Shown here: positions 18,824 to 27,685 of the stretch, piece after piece
Layout of the letters: every line of letters starts with the position of its first letter
Position numbering within the stretch: position 1 is the first letter of the stretch
Assembly: GCA_965204615.1 (NCBI GenBank)
Contig: OZ242000.1
Coordinates: 319,020 to 383,019, forward strand
Origin: Acidimicrobiia bacterium
GTDB lineage: Bacteria > Actinomycetota > Acidimicrobiia > Spongiisociales > ZC4RG35
Direction of reading: 5' to 3'
Length of the DNA: 64,000 nt
Translations under genes and position numbers: made by a program
Notes under the pieces: generated by a model
Databases searched by the model: none
What the model saw: only the letters and a program-made list of their open reading frames with translations
What the model was told of the DNA's origin: nothing

Positions 18824-21484
18824 GTGAATGGAGAGACGAGTAAGCCGGCTCCTGCGGATGCGCTGATAATCGGCCACTATGGATTCCGCAACCTCGGGGA
18901 TGAGGCCATCCTAGCCGGGATGTTGAGCCTGCTGCGAGGGGCGCTCCCCGGGGGCAGATGGGTGGTGGCCTCGGGCGATCCGGACGACACCCGGCGCCGG
19001 CACGACGTTTCGGCCGTGGACCGGACCGATGTGCCGGCCATGATGTCCGAGGCCTACCGGTCCCGGATGGTGATAGTGGGAGGAGGCGGCCTCCTCTCCG
19101 ACCACTGGGGGTTCAGACCCGAGTACGCCCTCAGTCGCGACGCAGGGGACATCCCCGGCTATCTGGGTCCGGCGCTGGCCGCGGCCGCGGCGGGTAGGCC
19201 GGTATTCGTGTGGGGGGTGGGGGTTGGTCCCTTCCATGATCCCCGCTCTCCCGGGTGGGTCAGGGCGCTGGCGGAGGTCTCCTCGTCTTTCACGGTTCGC
19301 ACCGACCGGGACCGAGCCGAGCTCGAGTCGCTCGGCATCACGGGTTCGGTGGTGGTGGGAGACCCCGCCTGGCTTCTCGGACGGGCCGAGTTGCCGCCCG
19401 ATCTGAACAGAGAGATCTCCGACCTTCCCCGACCCCTGCTGGCCGTGGCTCCCCGCTCCTGGGGGACCGAGGAGGCCCAGGCCGAGCGGGAGCGAAGCCT
19501 CGCCCGGGCCCTGGACGACTTCTGTCAGGAGAACGGGGGAGCGGTGCTGTTCGTCCCCATGCAGGAGTTGGGATCCGACGACTTCGATGACCGGCGTTGC
19601 TGTGAGCGGATCGCCGAACTGATGCGGGTGGCCGACACGCACACGGTCCCCCCCGATCTCAGCGCCGGGCAGGTGATCACAGCGCTCGGACGATCCGACA
19701 TGGCCCTCAACATGCGTTTGCACGGGACCATTCTGGCGGCGATCGGCCGGACCCCCTCGGTCTCGATCGCCTACGACTCCAAGGTGGCCCGCATGGCCGG
19801 CGAGATCGGTCTTGGCCCATGGTGTCTTGCTGACGAGCCGGAGTCGTGGGAACGATTGCCGGAAGTACTCGGAAGCCTCTGGGAGGACTACGCCGACCAA
19901 TCACACATGATGTACGAGTGGACAGAGACGATGCTGGCCAGGGCCCGTCCCATCCTGTCCCTGGTGGGCGAAGCCATTCGTCAGGGGTCGCAGGTGGCAC
20001 CGCTCACCGAGCACCAGGAGATTCAAAAGGAGATCACCCTGGCGCTCACCCGCAATCTGTCGGGGACACAGGTCGTGCTGGACGAGAGCCGGGCGGACAA
20101 TCTGGACCTCCGCAACCGGATCATCCGGGGAGAGGACGAGCTGCAAGCTGTCAGGGACCAACTGCAAGCTGTCAGGGACCAGATGGAAGCTGTCAGGAAC
20201 GAAATGCGGGCCGCGTTGCAGGCCGCGTACGATCAGCATGCGCACGCCGAGCGAAGGGGGGATCTGCTCCAGTTGGAACTCGACGACCTTCGCCAGACCC
20301 GCGCCATGAAGCTGGTCACCAGATACTGGAGGATCCGCCACCGGCTCCGCGGGAGAGTGTCCGGCGCCGAGGCAGAGAGCCTTCCGGCATCCCGTCCCGG
20401 ATCGCCAATCCCCGAGAAGGTGACCGATCGGATTGCCGGCAGCAGGGGAGTGGTGGTCTTCCTGCTCAACATCGAGTGGTACATCCACCTGTTCCAGCGG
20501 CCCCAGCAACTCGCCCAGGCCTTCGCCCGTCTCGGATACACGGTCGTCTACGACAACTCGAATCAGAGCCAGCCCGGTTGGGAGGAGATAGAGCCTCGCC
20601 TGTTCCTGTACAACGGACCCCAGGAAGTGTTGCATGAGTTGCCGGATCCGCTGGTGTGGGCGCTCACCTACAACTGGGAGCGGGCATCCCGTTATCCGGA
20701 GGGTACGAGGACGGTCTATGACTGGATAGACGAGATCGATGTCTTCGACGGCTACGACCTCACCAAGTTGAGGAGGCTCCATTCTCTGGGGCTGGCCGAT
20801 GCGCGCACGGTCACCGCCAGCGCCCGGACCCTGCTGGAGCGAGCCGGCCGACACCGCCCCGACACCCTCTATCTCCCCAACGCCGTCGAGTTCGAGCATT
20901 TCGCCGACTGGGAGGTCTCCTCTCCCGCTCATCCCGTCCTCCAGCGGTTCCTGCGAGAGGGCAGGCCCATCGCCGGCTATTACGGCGCCATAGCCCGCTG
21001 GCTGGACTACGACCTGCTGACCGAAGTGGCGGCCGAGAGAGAGGATTGGAGCTTTCTGCTGATCGGCCCGGCCTACGACCAGAGCACCAGGCGCCGTCGC
21101 CTGTTCACCCTCCCCAACGTGGAGTGGATCACCGCCCAGCCATACCAGGACCTGCCCCGCTGGCTGCAGTCATTCGATGTGGCGATGATCCCCTTCGTCG
21201 TCAACGAGATCACCGAGTCGACCTCCCCCCTGAAGCTGTTCGAGTACTTTGCGGGCGGCAAGCCCGTGGTCAGCAGCGAGATGCCCGAGGTGGTGGCGTT
21301 TCCGGAGGTGCGCTCCTACGCTGACGCCGCGGGGCTGTCCGGGGCCCTGGACGCGGCGCTGGCCGACTCGAGGAACCCGGAGGTCCGCAATCGCCTGCGC
21401 CGGCGGGGGGAACAGAATTCCTGGCTTGCCAGGGCCCGGACACTGATGGAAAGCTTGGATAGAACGGAACAAGGAGAAAGATGA
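18824..21484 (+). CDS. fusion protein: polysaccharide pyruvyl transferase (CsaB-like) - coiled coil - GT-B glycosyltransferase
   Basis: The N-terminus IIGHYGFRNLGDEAILAGMLSLL is a PS_pyruv_trans hallmark. The central heptad-like region includes LQAVRDQLQAVRDQMEAVRNEM. The C-terminus carries SPLKLFEYFAGGKPVVSS, typical of GT1/GT4. The start is uncertain: the track ATG at 18758 would overlap the divergent M20 start, so the GTG at 18824 was chosen. Confidence 0.8.
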   Translation: MNGETSKPAPADALIIGHYGFRNLGDEAILAGMLSLLRGALPGGRWVVASGDPDDTRRRHDVSAVDRTDVPAMMSEAYRSRMVIVGGGGLLSDHWGFRPEYALSRDAGDIPGYLGPALAAAAAGRPVFVWGVGVGPFHDPRSPGWVRALAEVSSSFTVRTDRDRAELESLGITGSVVVGDPAWLLGRAELPPDLNREISDLPRPLLAVAPRSWGTEEAQAERERSLARALDDFCQENGGAVLFVPMQELGSDDFDDRRCCERIAELMRVADTHTVPPDLSAGQVITALGRSDMALNMRLHGTILAAIGRTPSVSIAYDSKVARMAGEIGLGPWCLADEPESWERLPEVLGSLWEDYADQSHMMYEWTETMLARARPILSLVGEAIRQGSQVAPLTEHQEIQKEITLALTRNLSGTQVVLDESRADNLDLRNRIIRGEDELQAVRDQLQAVRDQMEAVRNEMRAALQAAYDQHAHAERRGDLLQLELDDLRQTRAMKLVTRYWRIRHRLRGRVSGAEAESLPASRPGSPIPEKVTDRIAGSRGVVVFLLNIEWYIHLFQRPQQLAQAFARLGYTVVYDNSNQSQPGWEEIEPRLFLYNGPQEVLHELPDPLVWALTYNWERASRYPEGTRTVYDWIDEIDVFDGYDLTKLRRLHSLGLADARTVTASARTLLERAGRHRPDTLYLPNAVEFEHFADWEVSSPAHPVLQRFLREGRPIAGYYGAIARWLDYDLLTEVAAEREDWSFLLIGPAYDQSTRRRRLFTLPNVEWITAQPYQDLPRWLQSFDVAMIPFVVNEITESTSPLKLFEYFAGGKPVVSSEMPEVVAFPEVRSYADAAGLSGALDAALADSRNPEVRNRLRRRGEQNSWLARARTLMESLDRTEQGER
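20141..20203 (+). repeat. 21-bp in-frame tandem repeat, about 3 units, inside the coiled-coil linker
   Basis: The units are ctgcaagctgtcagggaccaa / ctgcaagctgtcagggaccag / atggaagctgtcaggaacgaa. They encode LQAVRDQ LQAVRDQ MEAVRNE. Confidence 0.9.
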
Positions 21485-22665
21485 TGTGGTTGACCGATGC
21501 CAGGGTGGTTGATGTCGAGAGAGGGGAGGTCCTCGACGGGGTGAGCGTGGAGGTCTCGGGGGAGAGAATCGGCGCCGTCCAGAAGCAGCCGGGCGCTGGC
21601 GAGCGGATGAGCATCGATGGACGGTACCTGGTTCCCGGGCTCATCTCGGTCCACACCCACCTGTCGGTGGTGTACCCCTTCTCCTCCATCGACCTGGCCG
21701 AGAACCCGGGGCTGACCGTGCTCCGCGCCTACCAGAGGGCCCAGGACGCCCTCCGGGCCGGGGTGACCACCATCCGCTGCGTCCATGAGCAGAATCGAGC
21801 CGACATCCTCCTCGCGCAGGCGGCCCGGGCGGGCTGGGCCGATGTCCCCCGGATCGTGGGCGCCGGCCGGGCGCTCTCCACAACCGGTGGCCACGGCGAC
21901 GGGCACGGCTCCGTCCTGGCCGACGGGCCGGAGGCATTCCGGGAGGCGGCGCTGGCCGAGTTGGACGCGGGATGCTCACACATAAAGGTGTTCATCACCG
22001 GGGGCATAGCCGCGTTGGGGGAGACTTTCGATGAGCCGGAGATGAGCCTCGCCGAGATGCAGGCCACGGTGAACGCGGCTCGCCAGCACGACGCCTATGT
22101 CGTGGCTCACGCCGGATCCTCGCTGGCGATCAACCGGGCGCTCGACGCCGGCGTCCGCTCCTTCGAGCACGCCTACGACCTGGACGCCGAGACCGCCGGT
22201 CGGATGGCTTCGGAGGGGGTGTTCCTCACACCCACCCTGTGTGTGACCCGTTCCCAGGAGTGGATGCGCTGGAAGGGATTCGAGGAGTTCCAGATCGAGA
22301 CGTCCCTGGAAGTGGGGCCCATGCACCTGGCGAGCATCCGCCGGGCCGTAGCGGCCGGGGTGACCATGGTCAACGGCACCGACTATCCGCCCGGAGATCC
22401 GATCGAGGACACCTCGGTGGCGGTGTACGAGATGGGCCTGATGGAGGGCGCGGGGCTCCATCCCCGGCTGGCGCTGGCCGGCGCCACCTCCAACGCAGCC
22501 CGCCTGCTGGGACTGGAGTCGGAGATCGGCACCGTTGAGCAGGGCAAGGTGGCCGACCTGGTGGCGGTGGAGCAGAACCCCTTGGAGGATCTGTCGGCGA
22601 TGCGGAACATCTCGCTGGTGATGCAGTCCGGCCGGGTCCTGCGCGACGACCGGCAGGCTTCCTGA
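21481..22665 (+). CDS. amidohydrolase superfamily protein (metal-dependent hydrolase), copy 1
   Basis: Motifs are GLISVHTHL (HxH), HIKVFITGG, YVVAHAGS, FEHAYDL and NGTDYPPGD. There is an ATGA overlap with the upstream gene, and AAGGAGAAAG lies just upstream. Confidence 0.9.
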   Translation: MMWLTDARVVDVERGEVLDGVSVEVSGERIGAVQKQPGAGERMSIDGRYLVPGLISVHTHLSVVYPFSSIDLAENPGLTVLRAYQRAQDALRAGVTTIRCVHEQNRADILLAQAARAGWADVPRIVGAGRALSTTGGHGDGHGSVLADGPEAFREAALAELDAGCSHIKVFITGGIAALGETFDEPEMSLAEMQATVNAARQHDAYVVAHAGSSLAINRALDAGVRSFEHAYDLDAETAGRMASEGVFLTPTLCVTRSQEWMRWKGFEEFQIETSLEVGPMHLASIRRAVAAGVTMVNGTDYPPGDPIEDTSVAVYEMGLMEGAGLHPRLALAGATSNAARLLGLESEIGTVEQGKVADLVAVEQNPLEDLSAMRNISLVMQSGRVLRDDRQAS

Positions 22666-22700
22666 GGGCTACCTCCCCGGCAAAAGAGAAGGAAGTTCAA

Positions 22701-23882
22701 ATGTGGTTGACAGACGCCAGGGTGGTGGACGTCGTCCATGGACGGATCCTGGACGGCGTCAGCGTGGAGATATCGGGGGAGAGGATCGGGGCCATCAGCA
22801 GGCGCCCGGGTGCGGGGGAGCGGAGGAGCCTGGGCGGACGCTATCTCGTTCCGGGTCTCATATCGGTGCACACCCACCTGTCGATGGTGTATCCCTTCTC
22901 GGCCATCGACGAGAGCGAGAACCCCGGGCTCACCGTACTCCGAGCCTACCGGCGGGCCCAGGACGCCCTCCGGGCGGGAGTCACGACCCTCCGATGCGTT
23001 CATGAGATCAACCGGGCCGACCTGCTGCTGGCCGAAGCCGCGGCGGCCGGTTGGGCCGATGTTCCCCGGATCGTGGGCGCCGGCCGGGCGATTTCCACCC
23101 CGGGAGGCCATGGCGACGGGATCGGCAGCGCCTTGGCCGACGGACCGGAGGCCTTCCGGGAGGCGGCGCTGGCCGAACTGGACGCCGGGTGTTCCCACAT
23201 CAAGGTGTTCATCACCGGCGGCATCGCCAACCTGGGGGAGACCTTCGACGAGCCCGAGATGAGCCGAGAGGAGATGCAGGCCACCGTCGCGGCAGCGGCC
23301 GAGCGGGAGACCTACGTGGTGGCTCACGCCGGTTCGTCGCTGGCCATCAACTGGGCCCTGGACGCCGGTGTCCGGTCCTTCGAGCACGCCTACGACCTGG
23401 ATGCCGAGACCGCCGGTCGGATGGCTGCCGAGGGGGTGTTCCTGACTCCCACACTCTGCTGTACCCGCTCCCAGGAATGGATGCGCTGGAAGGGATTCGA
23501 GGAGTTCCAGATCGAGACGTCCCTGCAGGTGGCGCCCATGCACCTGGCCAGTATCCGCCGGGCGGTGGCGGCGGGAGTCACCCTGGTCAACGGCACCGAC
23601 TATCCCCCCGGGGATCCCATCGACGGAACCTCGGTGACGGTGCACGAGATGGGCCTGATGGAGGGTGCGGGCCTCCATCCCCGGCTGGCCCTGGCCGGCG
23701 CCACCTCCAACGCCGCCCGACTCTTGGGATTGGAGTCGCAGATCGGTACTGTTGAGCAGGGCAAAACGGCCGATCTGGTGGCGGTGGACGAAAACCCGTT
23801 GGCGGACGTGTCCGCGATGAGAAACATCTCCCTGGTGATGCAGTCCGGCCGCGTGGTGCGGGACGACCGGCCGGCTCCCTAG
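22701..23882 (+). CDS. amidohydrolase superfamily protein, copy 2 (tandem paralog)
   Basis: It is collinear and highly similar to copy 1 along its whole length (MWLTDARVVDV...GLISVHTHL...). The intergenic gap is 35 nt and contains GAAGGAAG. Confidence 0.9.
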   Translation: MWLTDARVVDVVHGRILDGVSVEISGERIGAISRRPGAGERRSLGGRYLVPGLISVHTHLSMVYPFSAIDESENPGLTVLRAYRRAQDALRAGVTTLRCVHEINRADLLLAEAAAAGWADVPRIVGAGRAISTPGGHGDGIGSALADGPEAFREAALAELDAGCSHIKVFITGGIANLGETFDEPEMSREEMQATVAAAAERETYVVAHAGSSLAINWALDAGVRSFEHAYDLDAETAGRMAAEGVFLTPTLCCTRSQEWMRWKGFEEFQIETSLQVAPMHLASIRRAVAAGVTLVNGTDYPPGDPIDGTSVTVHEMGLMEGAGLHPRLALAGATSNAARLLGLESQIGTVEQGKTADLVAVDENPLADVSAMRNISLVMQSGRVVRDDRPAP

Positions 23883-23912
23883 CAGCAAACCCTTCCCATA
23901 GAGTGAGAGAGC

Positions 23913-25952
23913 ATGACTGAACGCAGATACCGTCTGGCGGTGGACATCGGCGGCACCTTCGTGGACGCCATCTCCTATGACGAGCGGACCGGAGAGATCG
24001 CGGTACGCAAGGCCCCCACCACCCCGGCCGCGCCCGCCGACGGTGTGATCACCGCCACCCGGGCCACCAACGCCTCCCTGGAGGAGGCCTCCGTCTACAC
24101 CCACGGCACCACCCTGGGGCTGAACGCCATTCTGGAGCGCAAGGGGGCGGTGACCGGCATCATCACCAACGCGGGCTTCCGGGACATCTTCGAGATCGCC
24201 CGCGGTGACCTGCCCCAGGGATCGATGTACGACTTCCAGTACCGACGGCCCGAATTGCTGGTGAAGAGACGTCACACCGTTGGGGTCCCCGGGCGCATGG
24301 ACCACCGGGGCAAGGTGGTGACCGAACTCGACCATCAGGCGGTGATAGAGGCCGGTCGCATGCTGTCCGAGCGGGGCGTCGAGTCGGTGGCCGTCTGCTT
24401 TTTGCACTCCTATGCGAACATCGAACACGAGGAGGCCGCCAAGAGCATCCTGACCAAGGCGTTTCCCGACCTCTCCATCTCGGTCTCCGTCGACCTGGTC
24501 AGGGAGTACCGCGAGTACGAGCGGACCTCGACCGCGGTGGCGGATGCCTACATCCGGCCCATTCTGGGCCGCTACCTCACCGACCTGGAAGACCGGCTCC
24601 GGACCAGGGGCTTCGACGGTTCCTTCCTGATCATGCGCTCCGCGGGCGGGGCGATGACGTCGGAGATCGCCCGGGTCTCCCCGCTTCTCACCGTCTACTC
24701 GGGCCCGGCGGGAGGCATAGCCGGAACCATCGGCCTGGGAGAGGCCACGGGCCGTTCCTCTCTCATCTCCTTCGATGTGGGAGGGACCAGCCTTGACGCC
24801 TGCGTGATCGTGGACGGGGCGCCCACCGAGGTCTATGAAGCCGAGATCGAGAACCTTCCGATCCGCATCCCGGTGTTCGACATCCGGACCATCGGCGCGG
24901 GAGGGGGTTCCATCGCCTGGATGGACAAGGGACTCCTGCGGGTGGGACCCAGGAGCGCGGGGGCGGTTCCCGGACCGATCTGCTACGGGCGGGGAAACAC
25001 CGAGCCGACCGTGACCGACTCCGCGCTGTGCCTGGGCTACCTGGCGGCCGATGAGTTCCTGGGAGGAGAGATGAGCCTCGACCGGGATGCCGCGCTTTCC
25101 GGCATCACCGAGAAGTTGGCCGAACCGCTGGGCATGTCCACCGAACGCGCCGCGGCCTCGGTGTTCGATGTGCTGCTGGCTCGCACGGTGGGCGCCATCC
25201 GGGAGATCACCGTGGAACGGGGACTGGACCCCAGGGAGTTCTCGCTGGTGGCCTTCGGAGGCGCCGGACCGATGCTGGCGCCCCTGCTGGCCAGAGAGAT
25301 GGAGCTGCCCGAAGTGGTGGTCCCCGCCGCTCCGGCGGTGTTCTCCGCCTGGGGGATGCTGATGTCCGACCTGGAGTACGACCTGGGACAGACCGTGCTG
25401 ACCATGCTGGACGACGCCTCCCTGGCACAGATGGAAGGCGTGTTCGCCCAGATGGAGACCGAGGCCGAGCAGGTGCTGGCCGCCCAGTCGGTCCCGGCCG
25501 GGAGGCGGGTGTTGCTCAGACGGTTGGATCTGCGTTACAACGGCCAGGAGCACACCCTCTCCGTCGACCTGGAGGAGGGCGACGACACGGACTCGGTGGC
25601 CGCCAAATTCCACGACCAGCACCACGAGCGGTACGGGCACCGATTGAACGAGAGCATTCAGATCCTCACCGCCCGGATCAGAGCGGTCGGGCTCCTGGAC
25701 AAACCCTCCAGCCACGTTGCCTCCCAGGGCGCCCCTCGATCCGACGGCGTCTCAAGCAGGGTCGGGGAGCGTCACGCCTTCGACTTCGCCACCCGGGAAC
25801 GTCGCCTCTTCCCGGTCCACGAACGAAGCCTCCTTCAACCAGACGTAGAGGTCGAGGGTCCGGCCATCATCCGCGAGCCCACCTCCGTCACCATCATTCA
25901 CAGCGACCAGACCGCGGTGCCCGACCAACTCGGAAACCTGGTGGTGAGATGA
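23913..25952 (+). CDS. hyuA: hydantoinase/oxoprolinase A subunit (HyuA family)
   Basis: Motifs are RLAVDIGGTFVDAI, SFDVGGTSLDACVI, TIGAGGGSIAW and VAFGGAGPMLAP. There is an ATGA overlap with the next gene. Confidence 0.92.
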   Translation: MTERRYRLAVDIGGTFVDAISYDERTGEIAVRKAPTTPAAPADGVITATRATNASLEEASVYTHGTTLGLNAILERKGAVTGIITNAGFRDIFEIARGDLPQGSMYDFQYRRPELLVKRRHTVGVPGRMDHRGKVVTELDHQAVIEAGRMLSERGVESVAVCFLHSYANIEHEEAAKSILTKAFPDLSISVSVDLVREYREYERTSTAVADAYIRPILGRYLTDLEDRLRTRGFDGSFLIMRSAGGAMTSEIARVSPLLTVYSGPAGGIAGTIGLGEATGRSSLISFDVGGTSLDACVIVDGAPTEVYEAEIENLPIRIPVFDIRTIGAGGGSIAWMDKGLLRVGPRSAGAVPGPICYGRGNTEPTVTDSALCLGYLAADEFLGGEMSLDRDAALSGITEKLAEPLGMSTERAAASVFDVLLARTVGAIREITVERGLDPREFSLVAFGGAGPMLAPLLAREMELPEVVVPAAPAVFSAWGMLMSDLEYDLGQTVLTMLDDASLAQMEGVFAQMETEAEQVLAAQSVPAGRRVLLRRLDLRYNGQEHTLSVDLEEGDDTDSVAAKFHDQHHERYGHRLNESIQILTARIRAVGLLDKPSSHVASQGAPRSDGVSSRVGERHAFDFATRERRLFPVHERSLLQPDVEVEGPAIIREPTSVTIIHSDQTAVPDQLGNLVVR

Positions 25953-27679
25953 GCGACGGTCCCACCCTGGACGGCGCCACCGTGGAGGTGATCCGTCACT
26001 ACCTGAACTCCACGGCCGAGCAGATGCGCCGCACCCTGGTCCGGACCTCCTTCAACCCGGTGATCTACGAGGTACTGGACTTCGGCATCTCCATATATGA
26101 CCGGGACCGCCGGCTGATCTCGGAGTCCTCGGGGATTCTCTCCTTCCTGGGCGCCAATGACTTCGCCATACACCAGGGCGTCGACAGGGTGGGCGTCGAG
26201 AACCTGCACCCCGGCGATGTGGTGATAATCAACTATCCCTACTGGAGCGGCGCCCACGCCGCCGACGCCATGCTCTTCACCGCCCTGTTCCACGAGACGA
26301 GCGACCTCCCCGTCGCCTACCTGGCGGTGCGCGCCCACTGGATGGACCTGGGCGCCAAGGACCCCGGCTACGTGCTGGACTCCACCTCCATACACCAGGA
26401 GGGTCTGATCCTGCCCGGCGTCAAGCTGATCAACCGGGGAGAGGTCGATCCCCAGATCATGGCGATCCTGAGGTACAACTCCCGGATGCCCGAGACCATC
26501 ATCGGGGACTTCAACGCCCAGATCTCGGCCATGCGGGTGGGAGAGCGGCGCCTCCGCCAGATCTGGGAGAAGTTCGGCCTGGACACGGTCGAGGAGGCGA
26601 TCGACATGATCATCGAGCACGGCGCGCGGACCGCCTCGGAGGCGGTGCGGGCCATGCCGGACGGGCAGTGGTCGGCGCACGACTGGCTGGACGATGACGG
26701 GGTCTCCCACGACATGATCAGGATGGCGGTGACGGTCACCATCGACGGGGACCGGTTCACCGTCGACTACGGCGACTCCGACCCGGGCGTGCCCGGTCCG
26801 GTGAACATTCCGTTCGGAAGCACCCTGAGCCAGGCCAAGAACGTCTTCAAGTCGCTCACCACTCCGGAGACTCCCGCCAACCACGGGCACTATCAGCCCC
26901 TCGAGGTGCTCTGTCCGCCCGGGAACCTCTTCCACGCCATCTATCCGGCTGCCACCTACACGCTCTGGTCGGCAATGGTGTCCTTCGAGCTGATCAACAA
27001 GGCCCTGGCCAAGGGGATGGATCACATCGCGGCTTCCTCGGGTTCCGACGAGCCGGGTTTCATGTCGGTGGGGATCCACCCCGAGACAGGCGAGATGTAC
27101 TCTGTGAGCAACAACGAGGGGATCGGCTGGGGCGGCACGCCCACCCACGATGGATCCAACGCCCTCCAGCATCTCTCCACCACCTCGGTCCGCAACACCT
27201 CGCTGGAGGTGTTGGAACACAAGGCGCCGATCTTTCACCAGCGGCTGGAGTTGCGCCGGGACTCGGGCGGGGCGGGACGCTGGCGGGGAGGGCTCGGGGT
27301 CTGCCGTGAGGTGAAGTGGCTGCACACCGGTGAGCTTCTCTCCATGAAGAAGAAGACCAAGACCCGCCCGTGGGCGCTCCGGGGCGGCCATGAACCGGAG
27401 ACCACCAACACCATGATCGTCTGGCCGGACACCGACCGGGCGCACCGGGCGCGGATGGAGCGGTTCACCATGCAACCCGGGGAAGGCTTCCGCAACTTCT
27501 CGGCGGGCGGGGGAGGATGGGGCGATCCCCTGGACCGGCCCATCGAGTTGGTGCGCGAGGACGTCCTGGACGAATACGTGTCGCCCGAGCATGCAGAGGA
27601 GGTGTACGGCGTGAGGGTGGAACCGGACGGGACCGCCGAGCCGGTCGGGAAGCGACTGGACCGCCGATCCCGGGAGTGA
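25949..27679 (+). CDS. hyuB: hydantoinase B/oxoprolinase subunit (HyuB family), copy 1
   Basis: Motifs are [48 protein letters not shown] and [15 protein letters not shown]. Confidence 0.92.
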   Translation: MSDGPTLDGATVEVIRHYLNSTAEQMRRTLVRTSFNPVIYEVLDFGISIYDRDRRLISESSGILSFLGANDFAIHQGVDRVGVENLHPGDVVIINYPYWSGAHAADAMLFTALFHETSDLPVAYLAVRAHWMDLGAKDPGYVLDSTSIHQEGLILPGVKLINRGEVDPQIMAILRYNSRMPETIIGDFNAQISAMRVGERRLRQIWEKFGLDTVEEAIDMIIEHGARTASEAVRAMPDGQWSAHDWLDDDGVSHDMIRMAVTVTIDGDRFTVDYGDSDPGVPGPVNIPFGSTLSQAKNVFKSLTTPETPANHGHYQPLEVLCPPGNLFHAIYPAATYTLWSAMVSFELINKALAKGMDHIAASSGSDEPGFMSVGIHPETGEMYSVSNNEGIGWGGTPTHDGSNALQHLSTTSVRNTSLEVLEHKAPIFHQRLELRRDSGGAGRWRGGLGVCREVKWLHTGELLSMKKKTKTRPWALRGGHEPETTNTMIVWPDTDRAHRARMERFTMQPGEGFRNFSAGGGGWGDPLDRPIELVREDVLDEYVSPEHAEEVYGVRVEPDGTAEPVGKRLDRRSRE

Positions 27680-27685
27680 TTCGCC

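Noticed and set aside
22383-25715. 1110-aa ORF on the - strand spanning the amidohydrolase and hyuA genes.
   Set aside because: It is antisense to three well-supported + strand genes, is a low-complexity Gly/Arg/His/Pro-rich translation, and would cross intergenic gaps. It is a shadow ORF. The same reasoning applies to 25898..29188(-), 29347..31314(-) and 30950..33868(-).
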